Part shown: positions 17,852 through 26,448 of the stretch, piece by piece
How positions within the stretch are numbered: the first letter of the stretch is position 1
Layout of the letters: each line of letters opens with the position of its first letter
Origin: Candidatus Iainarchaeum sp.
Lineage (GTDB): Archaea; Iainarchaeota; Iainarchaeia; Iainarchaeales; CSSED10-239
NCBI GenBank assembly: GCA_037441475.1
Contig: JBBISB010000002.1
Coordinates: 66,020-98,019, forward strand
DNA length: 32,000 nt
Direction of reading: 5' to 3'
Program-made: the position numbers and the translations under genes
The notes under the pieces: generated by a model
The model's database searches: none
The model's input: only the letters and a program-made list of their open reading frames with translations
Told to the model about the DNA's origin: nothing

Positions 17852-18088
17852 TTATTTTTTACTTTTCTTTACAGGAAGAGAATCTATTAAATTTTTAAAA
17901 CCTAAATCAGACATCTCTAAAGGAACATTTAAACCTATACCTGCCTTCTTTAATTCCTCTAAAAACTCTCTTACAGAAAGTTTTGAAATTTCTGTGGCTG
18001 TAGAAAAATCAACCTCTTCTTTTTCATAAAGAGATAAGGCTTTGTTTAAATAATATTTATTTATATTTTTTGACATAAATAACTTCAA
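17852..18088 (-). CDS. UPF0175-family small protein (putative antitoxin-like HTH)
   Basis: 78 aa. ALSLYEKEEVDFSTATEISKLSVREFLEELKKAGIGLN fits the UPF0175 pattern (A..lY..g..S.g.AAe.ag.s..ef...L...GI.l). No cognate PIN/DUF3368-like toxin ORF is adjacent. Confidence 0.55.
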   Translation of the reverse strand: MKLFMSKNINKYYLNKALSLYEKEEVDFSTATEISKLSVREFLEELKKAGIGLNVPLEMSDLGFKNLIDSLPVKKSKK

Positions 18089-18266
18089 AGAAAATTATTT
18101 TTATTTGATGTTAGAAGTTTATAACAAAATAAACTAAATATATTTATGTAGTTATATTTAAAAAATAAATGTTTTTGATAAAAAAACCAGTAATAAAAAG
18201 GTTTTGGTACCTATAATATATAACTATTTTTAAGAAAAAGAAACAGTATAAAAGGAAAAATTAAAC

Positions 18267-19013
18267 ATGCTTGAAATATATTTATATACATTAATCAGTA
18301 TCATACTTGTAAGCCTAATATCATTAATTGGTATCCTAACATTATTTACAAACAAAAAACATTTATCAAAAATGCTTTTGTTCTTAATAAGCTTTTCAGC
18401 AGGTGCACTTTTAGGAGATGCTTTTATTCATCTAATACCAGAAAGCTTTGAAAGCTTTAATCATCTAACAATCTCATTTTCAATAATTGCTGGAATCTTA
18501 ATATTCTTTATTTTAGAAAAAATTATACACTGGAGACACTGTCATCTTCCAACCTCTAAGGAACATGTACATCCTTTAGGAAAAATGAACCTTATTGGAG
18601 ATTTATTACATAACTTCTTAGATGGAATAATCATAGCCACAAGTTATATTGTTTCTATTCCTTTAGGAATAGCAACAACAATTGCTGTTATCTTACATGA
18701 GATACCACAAGAGATTGGTGACTTTGGAGTTTTGATATATGCAGGATACTCAAGAAGAAAAGCATTAATCCTTAATTTTTTAATATCCTTAACTGCTGTT
18801 TTAGGAGGAATTATAGGTTTACTTCTAAGCAGATATATTGATACCTTTGCAAGCATAATGATAGCATTCACTGCTGGTGGTTTTATATATATAGCAACAT
18901 CAGACCTTATGCCTGAACTTAAGAAAGAAACAAGTGTTAAGAAAACTATTATACAGATACTAGGTATTGTCTTAGGAATAACTTTAATGGCATTATTAAT
19001 ATTTTTGGAGTAA
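18267..19013 (+). CDS. ZIP-family divalent metal transporter
   Basis: 248 aa with about 8 TM helices. The signature HEIPQEIGDFGVL is present, along with a His-rich loop (HWRHCHLPTSKEHVH). Confidence 0.9.
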   Translation: MLEIYLYTLISIILVSLISLIGILTLFTNKKHLSKMLLFLISFSAGALLGDAFIHLIPESFESFNHLTISFSIIAGILIFFILEKIIHWRHCHLPTSKEHVHPLGKMNLIGDLLHNFLDGIIIATSYIVSIPLGIATTIAVILHEIPQEIGDFGVLIYAGYSRRKALILNFLISLTAVLGGIIGLLLSRYIDTFASIMIAFTAGGFIYIATSDLMPELKKETSVKKTIIQILGIVLGITLMALLIFLE

Positions 19014-19016
19014 AGC

Positions 19017-19538
19017 ATGATTGAAAATAAAAAAACCTCAGATAAACTATTGTATGAGATTGTTATCTTTATACTTATCTTTGCATTAATGATAAGTATT
19101 GTTTTTACCTTTGATAAGTTGTTTATAGAAAAACCAATTAATGAATGTTATGATATTTATCAAAAAGATTATAGAAACGATAAATGTGAGTATGATAACA
19201 TAGCTATGAACGAATGTTATGTAAAAGAAGGACAAGTAATTTTTAATAACGACTGCACTCTTACCTGTGATTATTGTTATAAAAAATATAATGGAGAGAT
19301 TGAAAAGTATAATAACAAAACAAATCTTTTAAGAATCATCCTTTCATTTATGATTGCACTTTCCCTTGCCTTTATTAACCTTAAAGACAAGATCATAAGA
19401 TACTCTTTATTATCTGGAAGTTTAGTATCTTTGTTTGTTTCAACAATAATTGCTATGCAGATGATTGGAATCTTGCTTCCAATAGTTATTATTATTGAGT
19501 TTTTGTTAGTTTTATTTATTTATAAAAAAACTAAATAA
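19017..19538 (+). CDS. Hypothetical membrane protein with a Cys-rich extracytoplasmic segment
   Basis: 173 aa. It has an N-terminal TM helix, a C-rich segment (CYDIY..KCEYD..NECY..NNDCTLTCDYCY) and 2-3 C-terminal TM helices. It starts 3 nt after the ZIP stop. Its 3' end overlaps the convergent 19531..20253 by 8 nt. Confidence 0.55.
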   Translation: MIENKKTSDKLLYEIVIFILIFALMISIVFTFDKLFIEKPINECYDIYQKDYRNDKCEYDNIAMNECYVKEGQVIFNNDCTLTCDYCYKKYNGEIEKYNNKTNLLRIILSFMIALSLAFINLKDKIIRYSLLSGSLVSLFVSTIIAMQMIGILLPIVIIIEFLLVLFIYKKTK

Positions 19539-20253
19539 TTAATTTGGCTCTATTCTCTCTGAGCCATTTACTTTTTTCTTTATGGTTTGGAAAAAACTTT
19601 TCAACAACTTTCCAAAAACTCCTTGAGTGGTTATGATGCACTGTGTGAGAAAGCTCATGCACAATTACATAATCAATAATGTCCTTTGGAGCAAGCAAAA
19701 GAGAAGTTGAAAAAACAAGCTTATGATCATGAGAACAAGATCCAAACCTTGAGGTATTGTTCTTTAAAGATACAGATTTTATTTCCTTTTTAAAATAAAG
19801 ACTATTAAAATAATCTACTCTTTCTTTAAGTAAAGGTAAAAGATCCTTTGAAAGAATCTTGTTTAATAGCTTTGAAACTATTTCTTTTTCCTTAGAAGAG
19901 TTTAAAGGTATTTTAAAAATAATTTCTTTATCTTTAAGTCTTGCAAGAGAGTTTTTTCTTTCCTCTTTTATAATTGTTAGAAGATACTCTCTACCATAGA
20001 TAGAAAAAACCTCACCAGAAGAATATGCTTTTAAAGAAATAGGAGAAAACTTCTCCTCGTTCTTTTTCAAGTAACTTATAAACTTCTCTTTGATTTTTTT
20101 AATCTGCTCTTCTCTTTTACTCTCAAAGAAAAACCTAGGCACCCTTATGTTTACTTTCTTACCTATGGACATATAGGTAGAGTTTCTTCTCTCCACATAT
20201 ATCCTTATAATATACTCTTTGTTATTAAAAATAAGTTTATCTTCTCTTAACAT
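19531..20253 (-). CDS. YgjP-like (DUF45) zinc metallopeptidase-fold protein
   Basis: 240 aa. IIDYVIVHELSHTVHHNHSRSFWKVVEKFFP contains the HExxH motif in the context typical of DUF45/YgjP. Confidence 0.8.
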   Translation of the reverse strand: MLREDKLIFNNKEYIIRIYVERRNSTYMSIGKKVNIRVPRFFFESKREEQIKKIKEKFISYLKKNEEKFSPISLKAYSSGEVFSIYGREYLLTIIKEERKNSLARLKDKEIIFKIPLNSSKEKEIVSKLLNKILSKDLLPLLKERVDYFNSLYFKKEIKSVSLKNNTSRFGSCSHDHKLVFSTSLLLAPKDIIDYVIVHELSHTVHHNHSRSFWKVVEKFFPNHKEKSKWLRENRAKLII

Positions 20254-20323
20254 AATAAATCTTTCTACTTTAAAAAGAATATGCTACAAATATTTTATAT
20301 AGATATCATAAAATTGAGAAGAT

Positions 20324-21652
20324 ATGGATAACATAATAGATAGAGTAAAGAAGCTAAATAACTTTACAGAAATTAAAGAAAAACAAGAGATTGTTTACTG
20401 GATGACAAGAGAACAGAGGGTTAAAGACAACTACTCGCTTTTATTTGCAGAAGAAATCTCTATAAAACATAACTGTACTCTAAAAGTTATTTTTACCTTA
20501 ACAGATAAGTTTTTAGAAGCACAAGAAAAACAATTTCTTTTCATGCTTGAGGGGTTAAAAGAGGTTTGTGAAAGTTTAAATGAGCATGGAATAGAGTTTA
20601 TTCTTTTAAAAGGAAAAGAAGCTTCTAAAGAGATTATAGATTACATTAATAAAAATAAAGTATCTTCACTTGTAACCGACTTTGATCCATTAAAGATAAA
20701 AACAAAATGGAGAGAAGAGGTTTTAAGAGAGATAAAAGTGCCTTTCTTTATGGTTGATGCACATAACATTGTTCCTGTCTGGATAGCATCCCCTAAACAG
20801 GAGTTTGGGGCATACACTATCAGGCCTAAGATAAACCACTTACTTTTTAGTTATTTAAAAGAGATACCTAATATTAAAAAAAGAAAAGAGATAGAAACAA
20901 CCATTGATTGGGAAAAAATAATTACAAAAAAACATGATTATTCTTTTTTATCTGGAGAAAAGTTTGGAAAAAAAGTTTTAAAAGAGTTTATTGAAGAAAA
21001 ACTAAACGATTATGCTGTGCTTAGAAACGATCCTTCAAAAGACTGTCAATCAGGACTCTCACCTTACCTTCATTTTGGACAGATATCCTCACAGAGAATA
21101 GCTTTAGAGGTTTTAAAACAAGAGAAAAATGAAGAGAGTAAAAAGGCTTTTCTAGAAGAACTTATTGTTAGAAAAGAACTCTCTGATAATTATTGTTATT
21201 ATAACAAAGAGTATGATAACTTTAATGGATTTCCTGAATGGGCTAAAAAAACCATAGAAGAGCATAAGGAGGATAAGAGAGAATATCTTTACTCACTTAA
21301 AGAACTTGAAAATCATAAAACACATGATGTTTTATGGAATACATCTCAAGAAGAAATGGTAAAAATAGGGAAGATGCATGGTTATTTAAGGATGTACTGG
21401 GCAAAAAAGATATTAGAGTGGACAAAAGATGTTAAAGAAGCTCAAGAGGTTGCTATTTTCTTAAATGACAAATATAGTTTAGATGGAAGAGACCCTAATG
21501 GATATACTGGGATTGCATGGTCTCTTGGTGGAGTGCATGATAGAGCATGGAACGAAAGAGATATTTTTGGAAAAATAAGGTATATGAGCTTTAACTCTAC
21601 ATCTAAGAAGTTTAACTTAAAAGGATATTTAAAAAAAATAGAAGAATTGTAG
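20324..21652 (+). CDS. phr: Deoxyribodipyrimidine photolyase, class II (CPD)
   Basis: 442 aa. SGLSPYLHFGQISSQRIALEV and KMHGYLRMYWAKKILEW are class II photolyase signatures. The C-terminal DPNGYTGIAWSLGGVHDRAW also fits. Confidence 0.92.
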   Translation: MDNIIDRVKKLNNFTEIKEKQEIVYWMTREQRVKDNYSLLFAEEISIKHNCTLKVIFTLTDKFLEAQEKQFLFMLEGLKEVCESLNEHGIEFILLKGKEASKEIIDYINKNKVSSLVTDFDPLKIKTKWREEVLREIKVPFFMVDAHNIVPVWIASPKQEFGAYTIRPKINHLLFSYLKEIPNIKKRKEIETTIDWEKIITKKHDYSFLSGEKFGKKVLKEFIEEKLNDYAVLRNDPSKDCQSGLSPYLHFGQISSQRIALEVLKQEKNEESKKAFLEELIVRKELSDNYCYYNKEYDNFNGFPEWAKKTIEEHKEDKREYLYSLKELENHKTHDVLWNTSQEEMVKIGKMHGYLRMYWAKKILEWTKDVKEAQEVAIFLNDKYSLDGRDPNGYTGIAWSLGGVHDRAWNERDIFGKIRYMSFNSTSKKFNLKGYLKKIEEL

Positions 21653-21670
21653 TTTTTATCTTAAAAAAAA

Positions 21671-22402
21671 CTACTTGTATTGAAGCATGAAGTAAGCACC
21701 TTCACAGGAGTTGTTAATCATGTCTCCTGATGAAGAACAAACTATACTGTTATCTTCTAAATAGAAACAATCAACTGAACCATTAAAGGTTCCTTTTTCT
21801 TTTAAATCAAGATAATCTAAAAGAGATTGAGGGGTGTTAAAATAACAAGTACCTTCTGTTTTAATATCTTCTTTTGAAACCATGCTTTCATTAAAGTTAT
21901 CTTCACCAGTAATTTCAACATTAATATCATAAAGAGAAAGGTTTACTTTACAGTAGATATACTCAATACCCTGTATAGTGTATTCAGTGGTTCTTGTAAA
22001 AAATTTATTTTCTGTTTCTATTATGTCTGTGAAAAGGAAACTATAACCTTCCTTACAAGCTGCAGCATATTCTTTAAAACAATTTATGTTTGTTCCACAG
22101 TTTTCAGGGTTTTATGCATAAATTATTTCAACTGGTATTTCTTCTGTAAAAGCAGAGTTGTTATCAATAACTAAAGAATTGTTATCTACAAAACCATCTG
22201 GTGTTTGAGAAATATTTTAATAATTTAAAGAAGCATCGTTTGTTCTTACAAAAACAAAGAGAACAATTAAAACAAGGATGATTATTATAATAATTACATA
22301 TAACCATAGAAACTTTGATTTTTTAGAAACATTTACAATGGTTGTATTTTCATCCATATCTTTTTCATCTCTTTTAAATGTATATATAAAAGCACATAAC
22401 AT
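21671..22402 (-). pseudogene. N-anchored Cys-rich extracytoplasmic protein gene interrupted by two in-frame TAA codons
   Basis: ORFs 22217..22402 (TM anchor) and 21671..21883 are in the same frame (the difference of 546 is 182 codons). I translated the 333 nt between them codon by codon. The stretch is open except for TAA at 22114..22112, and TAA at 22219..22217 ends the first ORF. The conceptual product is ...VRTNDASLNY*NISQTPDGFVDNNSLVIDNNSAFTEEIPVEIIYA*NPENCGTNINCFKEYAAACKEGY...MVSKEDIK... Confidence 0.7.
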
Positions 22403-22447
22403 TTAAAAAGTTATATTTTAGAAGAAAATATCTTTTATTCCTTGAAA

Positions 22448-23575
22448 TTATATCTTTTTATTATAAAGCTTGTTTAGGTAAGCAATAATTTTTTTAGATT
22501 TATTTGCATCTATTCCTGGAACCTTTGAAAGATCTGCAAAGTTAAGGTTCTTTACATTATTAATTGACTTATGGGTCTTTATTAAGCTTTCAATAGACTT
22601 TTCATCAATATCGTTTATTTTAGAAAGGATCCTATAACCTCTTGGAAAATCATTTGTTTTTCCGTTTACAAAGTTTGATATTTCTAAAATCTCAATTAAC
22701 TTGTCAGTATCAGCTATTCTTCTTATACCTAGTTGCTTTAATAAAGAGATTTTTTCAAAAGAAGCCTCTCTTGTTATTATATTGTTTGAATAATCTCTTA
22801 AGATGAAAGATAGTTCCTCATCAATACCGTATGTTACTTCATATAAAGTGTTTGAAATATCTTGACCTTGAGACCCAAGCTCAACTACCAAGTCATTCAC
22901 TTGTTTTTCATGTTTTATAAAGTAAAGGATGTTTTGAATAACATCTAAAATTTCTATCTTAAGGTTAGGGGTGTTGTTTATCTCATAGGAAAGAATATTT
23001 CTAAGTTTCTTATCAAGCTTTGTTCTAAAGTCCTTTAGGTTGTTTATAGCATAACTTGCTTTAACCATTAGGATGCTAAAGTCCTGTAAAACATATTTTT
23101 GGTCCTTATAGTAAAGAGAAATAACACTTCTTCTATGGGAGATGGCTATTACTGGAACATTTGATTGTTTTGCTGTTTGTTCAGCTGACCTATGCCTCAT
23201 TCCTGTTTCCTTTGAAGAGATTTCTTTGTCTGGCATTAAATGTTTGTTTGCACCTATTATTTTTGTTAAGTCTTTGGAAAGGACAATGGCACCATCCATT
23301 TTTGAGAGTTCAAAGAGCTTTTGAGAGGAGAAAGGGATATCAAGGTCTATTCCTCCTTTAAGGATAGGTTTTAGTTCCTCTGAGTTGCCTAGGACTATTA
23401 GGGCACCTAGGTTACCATGTAAAATCTCATCTAGGCCTTGTCTTAGTTCTGTTCCTGGTGTAACAAGCGGCAGGATCCTTGTAATATCTATGACTTCATT
23501 TTTATATATTTCATTTAAGAGTTTTGAAGAGAAGTCATCTTCTACAAATATTCTTTTTTTTGGTTTTGTAGGCAT
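22448..23575 (-). CDS. disA: DisA-type diadenylate cyclase (DAC domain, linker, C-terminal helix-hairpin-helix)
   Basis: 375 aa. VTPGTELRQGLDEILHGNLGALIVLG, LSKMDGAIVL and KETGMRHRSAEQTAKQSNVPVIAISHRRSVISLY follow the DisA N-terminal DAC pattern (PGT.LR.G...I.....GALIV.G, MDGAIV, ETGTRHRTAER, VI.VS). The C-terminal LSKVPGIDANKSKKIIAYL is HhH-like. Confidence 0.88.
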   Translation of the reverse strand: MPTKPKKRIFVEDDFSSKLLNEIYKNEVIDITRILPLVTPGTELRQGLDEILHGNLGALIVLGNSEELKPILKGGIDLDIPFSSQKLFELSKMDGAIVLSKDLTKIIGANKHLMPDKEISSKETGMRHRSAEQTAKQSNVPVIAISHRRSVISLYYKDQKYVLQDFSILMVKASYAINNLKDFRTKLDKKLRNILSYEINNTPNLKIEILDVIQNILYFIKHEKQVNDLVVELGSQGQDISNTLYEVTYGIDEELSFILRDYSNNIITREASFEKISLLKQLGIRRIADTDKLIEILEISNFVNGKTNDFPRGYRILSKINDIDEKSIESLIKTHKSINNVKNLNFADLSKVPGIDANKSKKIIAYLNKLYNKKI

Positions 23576-23807
23576 GTTTAATCGTTCTTTTTGTTTTTTT
23601 TAAAAAGTAAAAACAAGGTTATTTTTAGGTAAATATCATATATTTTATTTATATGATATTATAGTTGTGCAAATTATTTAAAAAGAGATGTTGTTTATTT
23701 TATAAGTTATCTTTCTTGAAAGAAGTTGTTTTTTTTTTAAAAAAGTAATTTAAGGTGATCTTTTGTAGAAAACTCATGCTTATAAAAAAACTAAAAATTA
23801 ATATAAA

Positions 23808-25046
23808 CTAACTTATTTTTTTAAAAAAAACATAAAAGTTTAAAAAAGAAAGAAAAGAAATGTTAGTGTTAAAATATTTCTTAGACTCATTTAAATTATC
23901 TGTAAATAAAAAACCCTCTTTAGGATTATACTTTTCAATAAAGCTTAAATAGGATCTTGAAATGTTTGTTTGTTTAAGAGAATTTTTAACCTCTAAAGGA
24001 TATATAGAAAATCCTTTTTCAATAATGAAATCAACTTCAGCACCATTATTAGTTCTCCAGTATTTTGGTTCAATAGATTTTTTAATTAATTCAGAGAAAA
24101 TAAAATTTTCTTTTATAAAACCAATATCACTACCTTCTAGAGAAAAAGTATCTAATATAGCATTTCTTAGGCCTATATCATAGAAATATATTTTTTTACT
24201 TTTAATTAATTCAGTTCTTTTATTTTTATAAAAAGGATGTATTTCTTTGCAAATATATGTTTTATTTAATAGATTCATTATCTTCTTTAAAACAGGATAA
24301 TCTAAGTTACTTAATGTAGAAAGCTCTTTATAATTTATGATATTTCCTGTTTGTAAAGATAGAGCTTTAATTAAATAATTTAATTTGAAATCATCTGCTA
24401 AGTTTGAAATATTTTGAACATCTCTTAGAGCATATGTATAATATATATCTTTTAATAACTTTATTTTAACATCTTTTTTTTCCTCTAAAACAACTCTTGG
24501 ATATCCTCCAAAAAGTAAAAACTCTTCAAAATAAGGTTTTAATAATTTGAAATAAACATCAGCATTATCTGTTGTTTTATAAAGAATTGAAAGGTTTTTA
24601 TCCTTTGCTAAAAGAAATTCATAAAAGGAAAAGGAATATAATTCAAAAATATTTACTCTTCCTACAAGGTATTTTAAACTTTGAATAGATAGATCTATAC
24701 TTGAAGAACTAGTTATTATTATTTTAACTTTATTTTTGTGTAAATCATATATGTACTTTAATATCTTTCCTGAATCCTTAGCATAATGAATTTCATCAAT
24801 AAAAAGTATATCTGTTCCTTGGATGTATAGTTTAATAAATTCATCTGTGTTGTTTACAAAAAGATCTTTAATATTTAGGTTATTAAAACTTATTTGAATT
24901 ATTTTTTTATTTGAAATACCACTTAGTATATGCTCTATCATTGTGGTTTTACCAACTTGTCTTGCACCCATTACTGCTATAATCTCAGGAGTTGATAAAA
25001 AGTTTAATAATGTAAATTCTAGATCTCTAGGGATATATTGGTCCAT
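23808..25046 (-). CDS. AAA-family ATPase with a C-terminal DUF4143 domain (COG1373-type)
   Basis: 412 aa. Walker A is GARQVGKTT and Walker B is ILFIDEIHYA. The C-terminal KIYFYDIGLRNAIL and GAEVDFII are typical of AAA_14 plus DUF4143 proteins. Confidence 0.85.
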   Translation of the reverse strand: MDQYIPRDLEFTLLNFLSTPEIIAVMGARQVGKTTMIEHILSGISNKKIIQISFNNLNIKDLFVNNTDEFIKLYIQGTDILFIDEIHYAKDSGKILKYIYDLHKNKVKIIITSSSSIDLSIQSLKYLVGRVNIFELYSFSFYEFLLAKDKNLSILYKTTDNADVYFKLLKPYFEEFLLFGGYPRVVLEEKKDVKIKLLKDIYYTYALRDVQNISNLADDFKLNYLIKALSLQTGNIINYKELSTLSNLDYPVLKKIMNLLNKTYICKEIHPFYKNKRTELIKSKKIYFYDIGLRNAILDTFSLEGSDIGFIKENFIFSELIKKSIEPKYWRTNNGAEVDFIIEKGFSIYPLEVKNSLKQTNISRSYLSFIEKYNPKEGFLFTDNLNESKKYFNTNISFLSFLNFYVFFKKIS

Positions 25047-25068
25047 ATAGATAATTTATACCGAAAAG

Positions 25069-25076
25069 TATATAAA
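25069..25076 (-). promoter_or_regulatory. TATA-box-like element for the AAA ATPase gene, with spacing implying a leaderless mRNA
   Basis: The minus strand reads tttatata, 23-30 nt upstream of the A of the ATG at 25046. An archaeal TATA box centred near -26/-27 would put the transcription start at about the ATG. Confidence 0.4.
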
Positions 25077-25239
25077 TACCAACGGAAAATTTAAAAAAAT
25101 TAAATAATCCGGCGGTTAAAATTGTAAAAAATTAAATTATTTGGGGGTTGTTTTTTTAAGAAAAAGATAATTTTTTAAAAAAACATATAAAAAAAGGTTT
25201 TATTTTTTAAAAATAAAAGAAAAGAAGATATTTTTTAAA

Positions 25240-25464
25240 TTATCTTCCTAATTTGTTATTAGAGTTTTTATGCTTGATTACAAAGTAAGCAATTATTCCT
25301 AAAATAACAAGAGCAATTAATATCCATACAGCTAGAGAAATACCTTTTTTACTATCAGTTGTTAAGTCATGAGTATAAGGCATAACCTCATCTGTTGGAG
25401 GAGTAACTGCATCTGTAGGTGCTTGAACCTCTTGTACTTCTGCAAAAGAAAGAGTGTTTTGCAT
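25240..25464 (-). CDS. Small ORF encoding only a P/T-rich linker, a TM helix and a basic tail. It may be the detached C-terminal anchor of 25496..26416.
   Basis: 74 aa: ...APTDAVTPPTDEV...ISLAVWILIALVILGIIAYFVIKHKNSNNKLGR. Its frame is open for 16 further codons upstream of the ATG, overlapping the end of the upstream gene, which is in a frame offset by 1. Confidence 0.45.
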   Translation of the reverse strand: MQNTLSFAEVQEVQAPTDAVTPPTDEVMPYTHDLTTDSKKGISLAVWILIALVILGIIAYFVIKHKNSNNKLGR

Positions 25465-25495
25465 ACTTAAAAACTCTTCTTCAGTAACTCTTTCA

Positions 25496-26416
25496 TTAAT
25501 TACAAGGTATATTTATTGTTTGACCTATATCTAAGGATGGAAGAGTAAATTCTATTATTGGGTCATCTAATAATACTCTAAAAGCATATATTGATGAGAT
25601 TTGAGAGGCACTCTGTGCTATTTCCTTATGGATAACTTCAACTATCTTAACTTCCTTTAAAGGTTTATTTGAGTTGTTTCTTACATTTATTGTAAAAGTT
25701 GAAGTAAAGCTTTCTTGTCCGGTTTGAGAAACTGTTCTTCTAACTTCAAGATTTCTTTCTATTGTTAAAAGACCATCTTGAGCAGTTTGCATGTACTCTT
25801 GTATTTCATCTTCAGTTAAGTTACTTCCTTGAAGCATTTCTCTTACTTTAGAAGGAGTTACTGTTTCAATTGTTGAAGAATAATTTTGAACTGTTGTTTG
25901 GTCTTGTGTTGTTGTTCCTGTTGTTGAAGAACCTCCGCTAGAAGAACCTGAAGAACCACCTTCAGAGCCTCCACTTGAGCCTCCACCTGTTGTTACAGCA
26001 GCACAAACTCCTCCTGAACAATTACCGCTTGTACATTTAGCATTATTTGAACAGCTTTGGCCGTTTGCAACTTTTGAAACTGTGAAGTTTTGAACAACCC
26101 AAGGATCTCCGGATGTTTTACAAAAACCTTCAAAAGTAAATGTTTTGAAAGTAGCACCGTATACTTTTAATGATATGAGGTTACCAGTATTTGCTCCAAC
26201 AGAGTTTAGACTGTATGAGCCATCTTCTCCAATAGTTGCACTTTTAAGTAAAGTTGAACCGGAGTATGCTCCAACTGTTAAGCCATTAACAGTGAAGTTA
26301 TCTCCTGTTACTGTTCCCATTACCCAACATGGTTCTGTTGATGGGTCTGCAAAAAGTAAACCTGAAATTAAAAACAAAGAAAAAACTAAAAATAATATTC
26401 CTTTTTTAAAATACAT
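25496..26416 (-). CDS. Secreted protein with a signal peptide, a carboxypeptidase-regulatory-like beta domain, a Cys-rich knot, a G/S/T linker and a C-terminal beta domain
   Basis: 306 aa. The signal peptide is MYFKKGILFLVFSLFLISGLLFA. It also contains GQSCSNNAKCTSGNCSGGVCA and TTGGGSSGGSEGGSSGSSSGGSSTTGTTT. The ORF as called has no membrane anchor. Confidence 0.7.
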   Translation of the reverse strand: MYFKKGILFLVFSLFLISGLLFADPSTEPCWVMGTVTGDNFTVNGLTVGAYSGSTLLKSATIGEDGSYSLNSVGANTGNLISLKVYGATFKTFTFEGFCKTSGDPWVVQNFTVSKVANGQSCSNNAKCTSGNCSGGVCAAVTTGGGSSGGSEGGSSGSSSGGSSTTGTTTQDQTTVQNYSSTIETVTPSKVREMLQGSNLTEDEIQEYMQTAQDGLLTIERNLEVRRTVSQTGQESFTSTFTINVRNNSNKPLKEVKIVEVIHKEIAQSASQISSIYAFRVLLDDPIIEFTLPSLDIGQTINIPCN

Positions 26417-26448
26417 ATATATATATCAACTCCTTATAAAAAAATTAT

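Noticed and set aside
17741-18266. A complete toxin-antitoxin module around the UPF0175 gene
   Set aside because: No ORF of suitable size flanks it on the same strand, so only the antitoxin-like half is present.
19531-19538. The 8-nt convergent overlap of 19017..19538 and 19531..20253, considered as a sign of mis-called ends
   Set aside because: Both stops (TAA on plus, TAG on minus) are unambiguous and both C-termini look complete. The overlap is consistent with the general compactness of the genome.
23750-23770. A perfect Shine-Dalgarno-like AAGGTGATC in the spacer, which could mark a missed small gene
   Set aside because: The nearest downstream start candidate (TTG) is followed immediately by TAG. 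No ORF follows, so it is most likely a chance occurrence.
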